Source of the DNA: Candidatus Brocadiia bacterium
GTDB lineage: Bacteria; Planctomycetota; Brocadiia; SM23-32
Assembly: GCA_046538485.1 (NCBI GenBank)
Contig: JBKHIT010000062.1
Span: 1-26,988, forward strand
DNA: 26,988 nt
Reading direction: 5' to 3'
The first letter of the stretch is position 1, and each line of letters opens with the position of its first letter. Positions 1 to 7,881 of this stretch are shown in pieces. The notes below the pieces were generated by a model, which was not told the origin of the DNA, ran no database searches, and worked only from the letters and a program-made list of their open reading frames with translations. Both the position numbers and the translations under genes were made by a program.

Positions 1-50
1 GACTGCGGTGGCGCCACCGCTTTGCCGTCAGTCGTTCAGTCGTTTCGCTG
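1..50. repeat. REP-like palindromic element, probably cut off by the window start
   Basis: Perfect 16-bp palindrome GCGGTGGC/GCCACCGC at 5-20 followed by TTT. The next segment, CGTCAGTCGTT (26-36), recurs as its reverse complement AACGACTGACG at 20679-20689. Confidence 0.55.
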
Positions 51-143
51 TAGCCGTCCCTGTTCTCTGGCCTCTAATCTGCATAAACCGAGGGATCTTT
101 GAGCAGGATCATCCCCGTCAAACAACGAAACGCCCCAAAGCAC

Positions 144-195
144 AAATTCACGAGTTGAATTTTGGGACGACACTGCACTATGATAGAAGTATAAT
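144..195 (+). promoter_or_regulatory. Putative sigma70-type promoter of wza with an overlapping inverted repeat
   Basis: TTGAAT (155-160)-N18-TATGAT (179-184), and a perfect TATAAT at 190-195. The inverted repeat AAATTCA-N5-TGAATTT (144-162) overlaps the -35 candidate. Confidence 0.45.
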
Positions 196-213
196 GTTTT
201 CCAGCCTTACGGC

Positions 214-1737
214 ATGAGGGACATGATGACGACGGCAAAGAAGATTTCGCTCAGAGCGTTGATTGCCCTGTTTCTGCTGGGATCGACCGCTCTTCTGTAC
301 GGCAACGGATGCACCGGCGAACAACCGGTCAGGGGAGAGGAACTCCCTTCCGTGAAGCCCGCCCGGACTGCGGGCCCGGGTGAAGGACCGCCGAAAGACG
401 AAGAAAATGCACGGCTCGCCTGGTTCGAAGCCGAACGATATCTTAAACCAGAAACCGAGAAGACTTTTGATGAAGCCGTTCGACTTTATCAGAACTCGGA
501 GTTCCAGAAGGCCAAAGAAGTCTTCCAAAAGGTCATCGCGGCAGGCCGGGAAGAAATCACCCAGGAATCCTCAGACTCTGAAACTGACGGCAAACCCATC
601 CCGGATTCGCGTGTCAACCGATATCATATCGCACCTGGTGACGTTCTTGAGATTAACGTATATGCTTCCCCGGATCTCAACCATGAAGTCACGGTCCGGC
701 CCGATGGCTGCTTCGCTTACTATCATATCGGGGAGGTAGCCGCCGCAGGAAAAACGATCAGCGAGGTCAGAACTGAGATCAGCGAAACGTTGGGGGATTA
801 TATCAAGAAGCCGAAAGTGACAATCTTCGGCAAAAATCTCACCGGCAACAGCGCGACTGTCCTCGGGGCCGTGCACTCGCCCGGAGCGTTCTCTGTCGGT
901 AAAGACACACGACTGTTGCAACTGTTGGCAAAAGCCGGAGGCACAGTATCATCCATAAAAGGCAGAACTTCGGCCGATCTGAAAGGAGCCATCCTGTCGC
1001 GAAAGGGTCATCCGATACCCGTAAACTTCGAGCATCTTATCAAGCGGGGGGACATGCGGCATAACCTGCACGTACATCCGGGGGATTTCGTATACATTCC
1101 TCCCGTTCGTGGGAGTTCCTCAAATGTGGTCACGGTGCTCGGTGCATTGCGAAAACCTGGAAATGTCGAATACCGGGAAGGTATGAAGCTGGCCGAAGCC
1201 GTAGCCGAAGCCGGCGGACTGTTCCTCGGCACAACAGATGTCGCGAACCTCGATGCCGCCGATTTCTCGCGGGCATTGCTCGCCCGGGACGATCGTTATG
1301 TCCCGGTCGATTTCTACCGCCTTCTGGTCAAAGGTGATATGTCTCAGAACATTGCTTTAAAAGCCGGAGACGTGGTCACGATTCCGACGACCCGGGAAAA
1401 TCGGGTGTACGTCCTGGGTGAAGTCGGTTTCCCCCGTGAAATACCGTTTGGAACTGACATAAGTTTTACACAAGCCCTGGCATCGGCAGGCGGTATGACG
1501 CTCGATGGCCGACGTGGCGCCGTCTACCACGTCCGTGGAAGTCTAACAAATCCCAAAGTCAAAGAAGTTGATGCTCTCGCGATTCTGGAGGGGAAAAGCA
1601 GAGATTTCTACCTCAAATCAGACGATATCGTATACGTCTCACCAACTGCCCTCACCGAAATCAGGCACATCATGAACCAGATCATTCCCGGCCTGAGCGC
1701 CACGCAACAGACACGAAGTTTCCGACACGGGTATTGA
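214..1737 (+). CDS. wza: Polysaccharide export outer-membrane lipoprotein (Wza/OPX family): Poly_export domain plus three SLBB domains
   Basis: Lipoprotein-like signal ending LLYGNGC; Poly_export motif YHIAPGDVLEINVY...VTVRPDG...IGEVAAAGKT; three SLBB repeats (VLGAVHSPG, VLGALRKPG, VLGEVGFP), each closing with a GD/DD-x-V-x-I/V motif; C-terminal amphipathic helix TEIRHIMNQIIPGLS. The true start is probably ATG 223 or 226 (GAGGG at 216-220). Confidence 0.9.
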   Translation: MRDMMTTAKKISLRALIALFLLGSTALLYGNGCTGEQPVRGEELPSVKPARTAGPGEGPPKDEENARLAWFEAERYLKPETEKTFDEAVRLYQNSEFQKAKEVFQKVIAAGREEITQESSDSETDGKPIPDSRVNRYHIAPGDVLEINVYASPDLNHEVTVRPDGCFAYYHIGEVAAAGKTISEVRTEISETLGDYIKKPKVTIFGKNLTGNSATVLGAVHSPGAFSVGKDTRLLQLLAKAGGTVSSIKGRTSADLKGAILSRKGHPIPVNFEHLIKRGDMRHNLHVHPGDFVYIPPVRGSSSNVVTVLGALRKPGNVEYREGMKLAEAVAEAGGLFLGTTDVANLDAADFSRALLARDDRYVPVDFYRLLVKGDMSQNIALKAGDVVTIPTTRENRVYVLGEVGFPREIPFGTDISFTQALASAGGMTLDGRRGAVYHVRGSLTNPKVKEVDALAILEGKSRDFYLKSDDIVYVSPTALTEIRHIMNQIIPGLSATQQTRSFRHGY

Positions 1738-1954
1738 TGGGTGCCACGTTGTTGCCTCAAATTATCGTAGCCCACCCCCTGACAGGCAGGCATGTCATAC
1801 TGAACGGGCCAACACCTCAGAAGCCTGGGACCTGCTGGGAAGCACCGTAATAGTAGCGCAGGCCGCGCCTGAGGCGGGTAAACATCGCTGGGCTTCGAAT
1901 ACAGAACCGGCACCGTCGGCCCCAGATCCCGTCCCCGGACCTCAGAGGTAAGAC

Positions 1955-3004
1955 CTATTCTGCTTGTCCATCCGCACCGACCGTCACTTTCCCAATAAGC
2001 CCTACAAACAGCAGATACAGAACCACCGCCTCCCCCGCCAGCAGTATCGCTTCGGTCGGCCGGGACCCCCTCATCGCGACCGCCAGAACTCCCACCGCCG
2101 TCGAAAACCCGATGATATACGCGACGGCTTCTCCTTCCCCGAATCCCGCCTCCACCAGCCGGTGCGATAGGTGATCGTGACCGCGATACGTGATGGCATC
2201 TCGCAATCCTTTTGTTTCGCGGGAAAAATACCGCGTCAGTAGCACATACGCCAGATCGAGCAACGGTACGCTCAGAATCAGGATTGGTACCAGAGATGCC
2301 TTGACGGGGTGGGTCGACCAGCCTCCGAGAACTCCTATTGCCGCCAGAATATAGCCCAGCACAAAAGACCCGGAATCGCCCAGGAAAACGCGCGCCGGAG
2401 GACGGTTAAAAACGAGAAAACCCCCGACCGATCCCGCCAGAACGATTGAAATTACCGCGAGATCCGTCTGGCCGGTTTGTATACCGATGAAAAAGAACAT
2501 AAGCGCGGCCATAAACGATATTCCCCCCGCCAGGCCGTCCATATTGTCAATAGCGTTCAGCGCGCTCACCACCCCGACAACCCACCCCAGCGTGACAAGA
2601 TAGTTCAACCACAGCGCGTCGAAAAACGAAACGGCAACGCCCTGGGTGGCCATCCCGAGCGTCGCCAGAGCAAGACAGAGCAGTTTTACAACAGCACTGA
2701 TCCGACGGATATCATCCACCACCCCAATCAACATTACAAAAGCGCCCCCCATCATGACCATCAGATAAGCGCCGTCGCAATCCTGGCAGACCATCAGCGT
2801 CAGAACACTGGCCAGCAATATTGCCGGTCCGCCCAATCGAGGTGTGGATTCGCTGTGAGTTTTGTCGGGCGCCGGTTCATCCATCACTCCGACTCGTCTG
2901 CAGAGCGCGATTGACAGTCGCGTGAACACAAACGAAAGGATAAGCGAAACCGCGAAACTTGACGCATAAACCATCAAATATGGGAACTGCGAGTGCGAGA
3001 TCAT
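1955..3004 (-). CDS. wecA: Undecaprenyl-phosphate N-acetylhexosamine-1-phosphate transferase (WecA/TagO, MraY superfamily), the likely initiating transferase
   Basis: Highly hydrophobic; motifs KTHSESTPRLGG, IGVVDD, NAIDNMDGLAGG, FNRPPARVFLGDSGS, DHLSHRL. ATGA overlap with the upstream gene. Confidence 0.88.
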   Translation of the reverse strand: MISHSQFPYLMVYASSFAVSLILSFVFTRLSIALCRRVGVMDEPAPDKTHSESTPRLGGPAILLASVLTLMVCQDCDGAYLMVMMGGAFVMLIGVVDDIRRISAVVKLLCLALATLGMATQGVAVSFFDALWLNYLVTLGWVVGVVSALNAIDNMDGLAGGISFMAALMFFFIGIQTGQTDLAVISIVLAGSVGGFLVFNRPPARVFLGDSGSFVLGYILAAIGVLGGWSTHPVKASLVPILILSVPLLDLAYVLLTRYFSRETKGLRDAITYRGHDHLSHRLVEAGFGEGEAVAYIIGFSTAVGVLAVAMRGSRPTEAILLAGEAVVLYLLFVGLIGKVTVGADGQAE

Positions 3005-3705
3005 TTGATTTCATTCCCCCCGACGAGAATGTCGTAACTATCAGGACCACAATTAAAAAGCAGGTCGATCACCGACATGTGCGACTCAAACCCGTCGAAA
3101 CACTGCGGATAGGTCGGATGATGGTAGGTTTGGACCAAATTATCGATCCCCGCCGCTTCAATGGCCTCGAAATCGGCGTAATCTCCCCCGTGTTCGCCGT
3201 GAAGGTACGTATCGGCACCGGTTTTTCTACATATATCCACAATCAACCCCGTCCCCTCCCCATCGATCTCTTCCTGCGATGCGATTTGCACCGGCACGTC
3301 AATTCCCAACTGGTCGAGGAGATACCGGATCAGGGTTATGTTCAGATTGCACAACATCTCCCACTCTTGCTCGTAAACGGACTTGAAAAAGTCAGCGTAT
3401 CGGTCGAAAAATGGCGCGTTGTGGTAATTGTATTCGATCGACCGCCAGTGTTTGCCGCGCCAGTGCTCCCGGTTATTAATGCGGGCCTCGTTGATATTCT
3501 GATGGTATTTCCCCCTGGTCAACACCGGCACCGTCAACCACTGCCAGCCGTCGTGGTTGCGGATTTTATTGCGATTCTGCCAGCCGAAAGGACCGCGTTT
3601 TACGTACTGCACGTTATCAACGATAACAAACACATCTCCGGCGGCAATTTTCGCGAAGAATCCGAGGTAAGGGAGGTAATTGGGTTGGTGGCCGACGGCA
3701 ATCAT
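3001..3705 (-). CDS. WbqC-like family protein
   Basis: Signature HQPNYLPYLGFFAKI...D.VQY...WQNRNKI...WLTVPV and C-terminal YPQCFDGFESHMSVIDLLFNCG. ATGA overlaps at both ends. Confidence 0.9.
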   Translation of the reverse strand: MIAVGHQPNYLPYLGFFAKIAAGDVFVIVDNVQYVKRGPFGWQNRNKIRNHDGWQWLTVPVLTRGKYHQNINEARINNREHWRGKHWRSIEYNYHNAPFFDRYADFFKSVYEQEWEMLCNLNITLIRYLLDQLGIDVPVQIASQEEIDGEGTGLIVDICRKTGADTYLHGEHGGDYADFEAIEAAGIDNLVQTYHHPTYPQCFDGFESHMSVIDLLFNCGPDSYDILVGGNEIK

Positions 3706-4736
3706 AACTGCAGAACCTCCTGCATCGCACTCACAATCACTCCCACGTCATCCTCGGAGAGCGCCGGATAGAGCGGGACCGAGACGATTTCCTCGTGGGC
3801 TTTTTCCGCTACCGGATAGTCCCCGGCGTCGAGCCCGAGATACCGGTGGATGGGACGATAAACGGGACGTTTCGCTTCGACTCCTCGCTCTCGGAAAGCC
3901 GAGATAGCCCTGTCGGCCCCTCGGGGCGCGCGAATAAGATACCTGAAATAAACGCCTTCTCCTTGCGGTCTGACAGCATATTCCCCGGCGATTTCATTAT
4001 AACGTGCGGCTATCTCGCGTCTTCTCATGGTAAACTGGGGCAATTTATGCCATTGTTCCAGGCCAATCGCTGCGTTCAAATCAGACAACGAAACGTGAAA
4101 CCGCCGCTCATACTGCTCTCGTTCGTCGAATTCCCGCAGGTCTCGGGCACGGCCTACCAATCTCTTGTCCGACGATACGAGCATCCCGCCGTAACCGGTT
4201 GTCAGAAGCTTCGTGGCGTAAAATGACAGTACCGAACAGACTCCCACCTCACCCACTCTCAGGCCATCCCGGCCGCCGCCGATACATTGAGCAAGATCCT
4301 CGATCACCGGGGCATTTACATCAGTCAGCCCGCGCAAGTCGGCAGGATTGCCGAAATTATGCACAAGAACAACGGCTCCGGTCTCCGGGCCAATAGCCTC
4401 AAGAACAGTCTCCACTTCCATAACCAGGTCTTTTTCTGCCACGTCCACGACGCGCGGCGCGCAACCGGCCCATTTCACAGCATCCAGAAGAGAGGTGCAG
4501 GCGTATGAGGGGATGACAACTTCGCTGTTCTCCTCGACTCCCAGAGCATGCAGACAGAGCGCAAGCGCCGCCGTTCCACATGCCGTTGCGACCCCGTGGT
4601 TTTGTCCCAGATCCCGGGCAACGGTTTGCTCCAGTTCCGCCACGCGGGGGCCTTCCGAAAGAAAACCGGAGCGAAGAACCTCGATTGCCGCTTGTTCTTC
4701 TTCCGGACCGAGGTCTGGCATTGAATGGGGTATCAT
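3702..4736 (-). CDS. DegT/DnrJ/EryC1/StrS-family PLP-dependent sugar aminotransferase
   Basis: GTAAL, EVVIPSY, IEDLAQ, PLP-lysine motif SFYATKLLTTGYGG, SDLNAAIG, C-terminal SVPLYPAL. Confidence 0.92.
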   Translation of the reverse strand: MIPHSMPDLGPEEEQAAIEVLRSGFLSEGPRVAELEQTVARDLGQNHGVATACGTAALALCLHALGVEENSEVVIPSYACTSLLDAVKWAGCAPRVVDVAEKDLVMEVETVLEAIGPETGAVVLVHNFGNPADLRGLTDVNAPVIEDLAQCIGGGRDGLRVGEVGVCSVLSFYATKLLTTGYGGMLVSSDKRLVGRARDLREFDEREQYERRFHVSLSDLNAAIGLEQWHKLPQFTMRRREIAARYNEIAGEYAVRPQGEGVYFRYLIRAPRGADRAISAFRERGVEAKRPVYRPIHRYLGLDAGDYPVAEKAHEEIVSVPLYPALSEDDVGVIVSAMQEVLQL

Positions 4737-4746
4737 GGGCGCCCGT

Positions 4747-5475
4747 TCAGATAACGAATCTGAGACAGCAGAAGGCTTCAGCGGCTTCTGCGGAAATCTC
4801 GCTTCCCCTCAGCCGCACGAGTCTCTCAAGGTTCTCAGCGCTGCAGTGATGCGGCGAAGGACGTTGCTGGGACTCGTGCATTTTGAGTGCCTGGATTTTG
4901 ACGTCAAGAAATTCGGATATATCCACGTAAAAGTTCGCGTGGAATTTGTCCCGGTCAACATTCCAGAACAACGTGGGGTTATCGTAGGCCAAAACTGTTG
5001 AGGGAAAGGCTTTCACCCCAGGCGTGCCGGGCCGACACGCCGTGAAACCGGCCTCGAAAACCGCCACGTGATCCTGGTTGTAGGAGTGGGCCGGCAACAT
5101 AACCATTGTGGGTTGCAGGTTATCGAGAGATATCTCGCTCTCCCGCTCGATAATACCGATCAGGTCACGCCGGGGCATCTGGTCGAGTCGGAGGTGCGTT
5201 TCCGAATCCCGAAAAACTATATCCCAACCGTCGAGCCCCATAAACTCGGCTGTGCGTTTGAACTCTTTCTCCCGCACGTCTCCTTCGACAACACCGCCTT
5301 CGCCATCGTACTGCTCAAGATCCCCGATGGTAAAGGCCATCACATAGGCTTCTCCACCCAGCTTTTTTACTTTTGCGATGGTGCCCGCACAGCCAAACGC
5401 TTCATCGTCCGCGTGCGGACTCAGCACAAGCACTTTCTGTCTGGCAAGAAACTCATCACTGGCTTTCGTATTCAT
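4747..5475 (-). CDS. PIG-L/LmbE-family N-deacetylase
   Basis: VLVLSPHADDEAFGCAGTI zinc-binding motif, QDH, YVDIS...KIQALKMHESQ, AEAF. Confidence 0.9.
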   Translation of the reverse strand: MNTKASDEFLARQKVLVLSPHADDEAFGCAGTIAKVKKLGGEAYVMAFTIGDLEQYDGEGGVVEGDVREKEFKRTAEFMGLDGWDIVFRDSETHLRLDQMPRRDLIGIIERESEISLDNLQPTMVMLPAHSYNQDHVAVFEAGFTACRPGTPGVKAFPSTVLAYDNPTLFWNVDRDKFHANFYVDISEFLDVKIQALKMHESQQRPSPHHCSAENLERLVRLRGSEISAEAAEAFCCLRFVI

Positions 5476-6991
5476 CGGCCGACTCCCCCGGATAAATGAA
5501 AATGGGGTTCGTCACTATCTCGCCCGTTCGGCGACCTTTCAACCTGAGGCGAAAATATGTCATCCTCTCGGGATCGGTTCGCCGAACCTTGAAAACTCCA
5601 GACCACTCCTCGCTTGATTTCCGACGTTCGACCAAAATCTTTTCCTCACCTTTCACCCGCTTTTCCTGTATCAGCTGCAGAAAAACAGTATCAACCGTTT
5701 TTTCTGCAAGTCTCGCCCTGATTTTGACATACAATTTCAGTTTTTGCGAATCGGTGCGGACCGATTCCATAAACCCATGCCCCCGGCCGTCCCCCTCGGA
5801 GACCGAGAAATCGAGAAGCTCGATGCGGCCACCGCGCCCGCGGGCTCTGGCATACATGCGACCTGTGGTCAGCGCGCACACCACCGACTCTCGGGACGGG
5901 TCCGGCATCAATAGAATCGTTTCCCGCGCATCGAGTCGCTCCCCCGTATGATAATCGCTTTCCGAAACGACGTGCAAGGGCGATTTCCGCTCCCCCCGGC
6001 AGTATTCCACGAGGGTCCTGTCCCACATCTCGCCCGGCTTGCAGGCCGTTCGGGCGTCCGCATAAATTGCCGCAAAACCGGCCGCTCCTGAAGTCCCTTC
6101 CACGTGGCTGAGGTAGGGTCGAGTCACGAGTCGGACGCCGTCGACCGTTTCCTCGTGCGTTATTTCCGGCGCCGACCAGAACGCAAGGGCCCCTTCTTGA
6201 GTCGAAAGCCAATCCAGGTATTGCTGAAACGGCTCCGGCCCATCGGTCGGCGAATACTGATTCCAGACGACAATCTCAGAAAATGGATAACCTGAAAGTA
6301 ACAAGAGGAAGCCCCCGGCCGCCACAGCAAGGCCCAGCCAGCGCATTTTCGGATCCCTGATATCTTTTTGGGTGCCCTGTTCATCGGTATACTCAAAACC
6401 TTTCCGGCGGCGGATCCATATTCCCAGCAACACCAGGAGTCCCGGAAGCAATTTCACGAAACTCATGATCGTCCAGCGTCTGGGGCCATCTGGATTGGCC
6501 GTGACCGGCATCCTGCGGATCCGCGCCGGGTTCTCAAGACCGACAACTGTCAGCTGTTCGCTCCACTGATGCACGGAGAAGTCTTTGTGACCCGGCCACC
6601 CCTTCCAGTAATAATACGGCGCGACGTCGAGTCCGGGGACAATCACAAGATCCGGATGCGCGCGCTGGATTTTGCGTAGCCTCGCCAGGTAATTCGAGAC
6701 TCCGTAACTCATAACCGAGGGCCTGGACTTGGTGAACTTGAAAAGTCCTCGAAATCCGGGGATACCCCACTCCCCCCGCACGAGGAACTGATCGCTGAAC
6801 ACCAGCACGTCGATCCCCTGTTCTTCGGCCATTTCAACGATCTCTTCGGGTGTGCGGGAACCGGCACTGATGGTCGTGTTAATGCGGAAAACGCAGCGGT
6901 AGGGACGCAGCGCGCGCTCGTCTTCGCCGGCCTCAACGGTTCCCGATAGAAGGAAAATCAATCCGATAATGAAAAGGCTTTTCCGCATCAC
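5456..6991 (-). CDS. Exported, membrane-anchored PHP-like protein with degenerate metal-binding motifs
   Basis: Signal peptide ending VEA; PHP-type N-terminus VFRINTTISAGSRTPEEIVEMAEEQGIDVLVFSDQ; IVPGLD; two hydrophobic helices mid-protein; SESDYH; ALTTGRMY followed by a beta-rich C-terminus ending TNPIFI. Overlaps both neighbours. Confidence 0.7.
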   Translation of the reverse strand: MMRKSLFIIGLIFLLSGTVEAGEDERALRPYRCVFRINTTISAGSRTPEEIVEMAEEQGIDVLVFSDQFLVRGEWGIPGFRGLFKFTKSRPSVMSYGVSNYLARLRKIQRAHPDLVIVPGLDVAPYYYWKGWPGHKDFSVHQWSEQLTVVGLENPARIRRMPVTANPDGPRRWTIMSFVKLLPGLLVLLGIWIRRRKGFEYTDEQGTQKDIRDPKMRWLGLAVAAGGFLLLLSGYPFSEIVVWNQYSPTDGPEPFQQYLDWLSTQEGALAFWSAPEITHEETVDGVRLVTRPYLSHVEGTSGAAGFAAIYADARTACKPGEMWDRTLVEYCRGERKSPLHVVSESDYHTGERLDARETILLMPDPSRESVVCALTTGRMYARARGRGGRIELLDFSVSEGDGRGHGFMESVRTDSQKLKLYVKIRARLAEKTVDTVFLQLIQEKRVKGEEKILVERRKSSEEWSGVFKVRRTDPERMTYFRLRLKGRRTGEIVTNPIFIYPGESADEYESQ

Positions 6992-7881
6992 GATTGTTTT
7001 CGCTTTCGAGCATAGACGGTTATGGAGGAACCCGTCAGTCTTTGGCCACGGGTCAGAAATCGCTCCAGTTCAGCTTTCCAGAACCACATGTGTCGTCGGA
7101 ACCGTTCCAACAGCCCTCCGGCGCTGCGCGGGATCGCATTTTGCATCTTCAGGACTTTAAAACCCGTTTTACGGAGCAATTTCCCGATGGTGGACGTATT
7201 GTAATCGTACAGGTGGCGCGGCGGATTTATCAAAAAAAAACGGCAGCCGAAATCCCCGAGCAAAGCGAGCATCCGATCGACTTTCACGTTGGCGTTGGGC
7301 ACACGCAATATGAGGTAACCGCCCGGGCGGAGCAGGCTGGCGGTATGGGAGAGGACGGCGGTCGGGTTGGGCACATGTTCCAGAACGTACCACAGGGTGG
7401 CCGCCCCAAAACTCCCCCCGGCGAACGGCGCATCCTCCACGTGGCCGGAATGGACCTCAAGATTCAGTTTTTCGCTGGCATACCGGGCCGCATTGGGGGA
7501 CGGTTCGACTCCGGCGCATTCCCAACCGGCCTCCCGCATCATACGGAGAAAAAAGCCGTGGGCACAACCGACATCCAGCACGCGGTCGGGTTTCATGACA
7601 GAGTTGAGAAAATCAACTCCTTCTTTTTGGAACGGTCGCCGCATCTGTTCTTCCCAGAGGTCTTCGCTTTCGGGCTGGAAATAATCCGCATAGAAACGCA
7701 TCATTTCGTCGGGCGTTGGACGAGGATTGCAAAACACCAGTCCACAATCCCGGCACCGGACCATCCAGAACCCATTTTCCTCCACCACCCGCCGGTGGGA
7801 ATTCCCGCCGCAGAGGTCACAGAGTACAGTCTCCACCTCCTCCCACTCCCAATCGGTTTGTTCCAGTTCGGGGTTAACCAT
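6988..7881 (-). CDS. Class I SAM-dependent methyltransferase with an N-terminal Zn-ribbon
   Basis: CDLC...CRDCGLVFCNPRP; motif I VLDVGCAHG; VLEHVPNP...LRPGGYL; PPRHLYDY. Confidence 0.88.
   Translation of the reverse strand: MVNPELEQTDWEWEEVETVLCDLCGGNSHRRVVEENGFWMVRCRDCGLVFCNPRPTPDEMMRFYADYFQPESEDLWEEQMRRPFQKEGVDFLNSVMKPDRVLDVGCAHGFFLRMMREAGWECAGVEPSPNAARYASEKLNLEVHSGHVEDAPFAGGSFGAATLWYVLEHVPNPTAVLSHTASLLRPGGYLILRVPNANVKVDRMLALLGDFGCRFFLINPPRHLYDYNTSTIGKLLRKTGFKVLKMQNAIPRSAGGLLERFRRHMWFWKAELERFLTRGQRLTGSSITVYARKRKQS

Noticed and set aside
1738..1954. Bidirectional terminator between convergent wza and wecA
   Set aside because: Only short imperfect stems and no U-tract on either strand.
5456..6991. 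Calling the PHP-like protein the CpsB/YwqE tyrosine phosphatase for Wzc
   Set aside because: The signal peptide and TM hairpin put it on the wrong side of the membrane, and the catalytic His/Asp ligands are missing.
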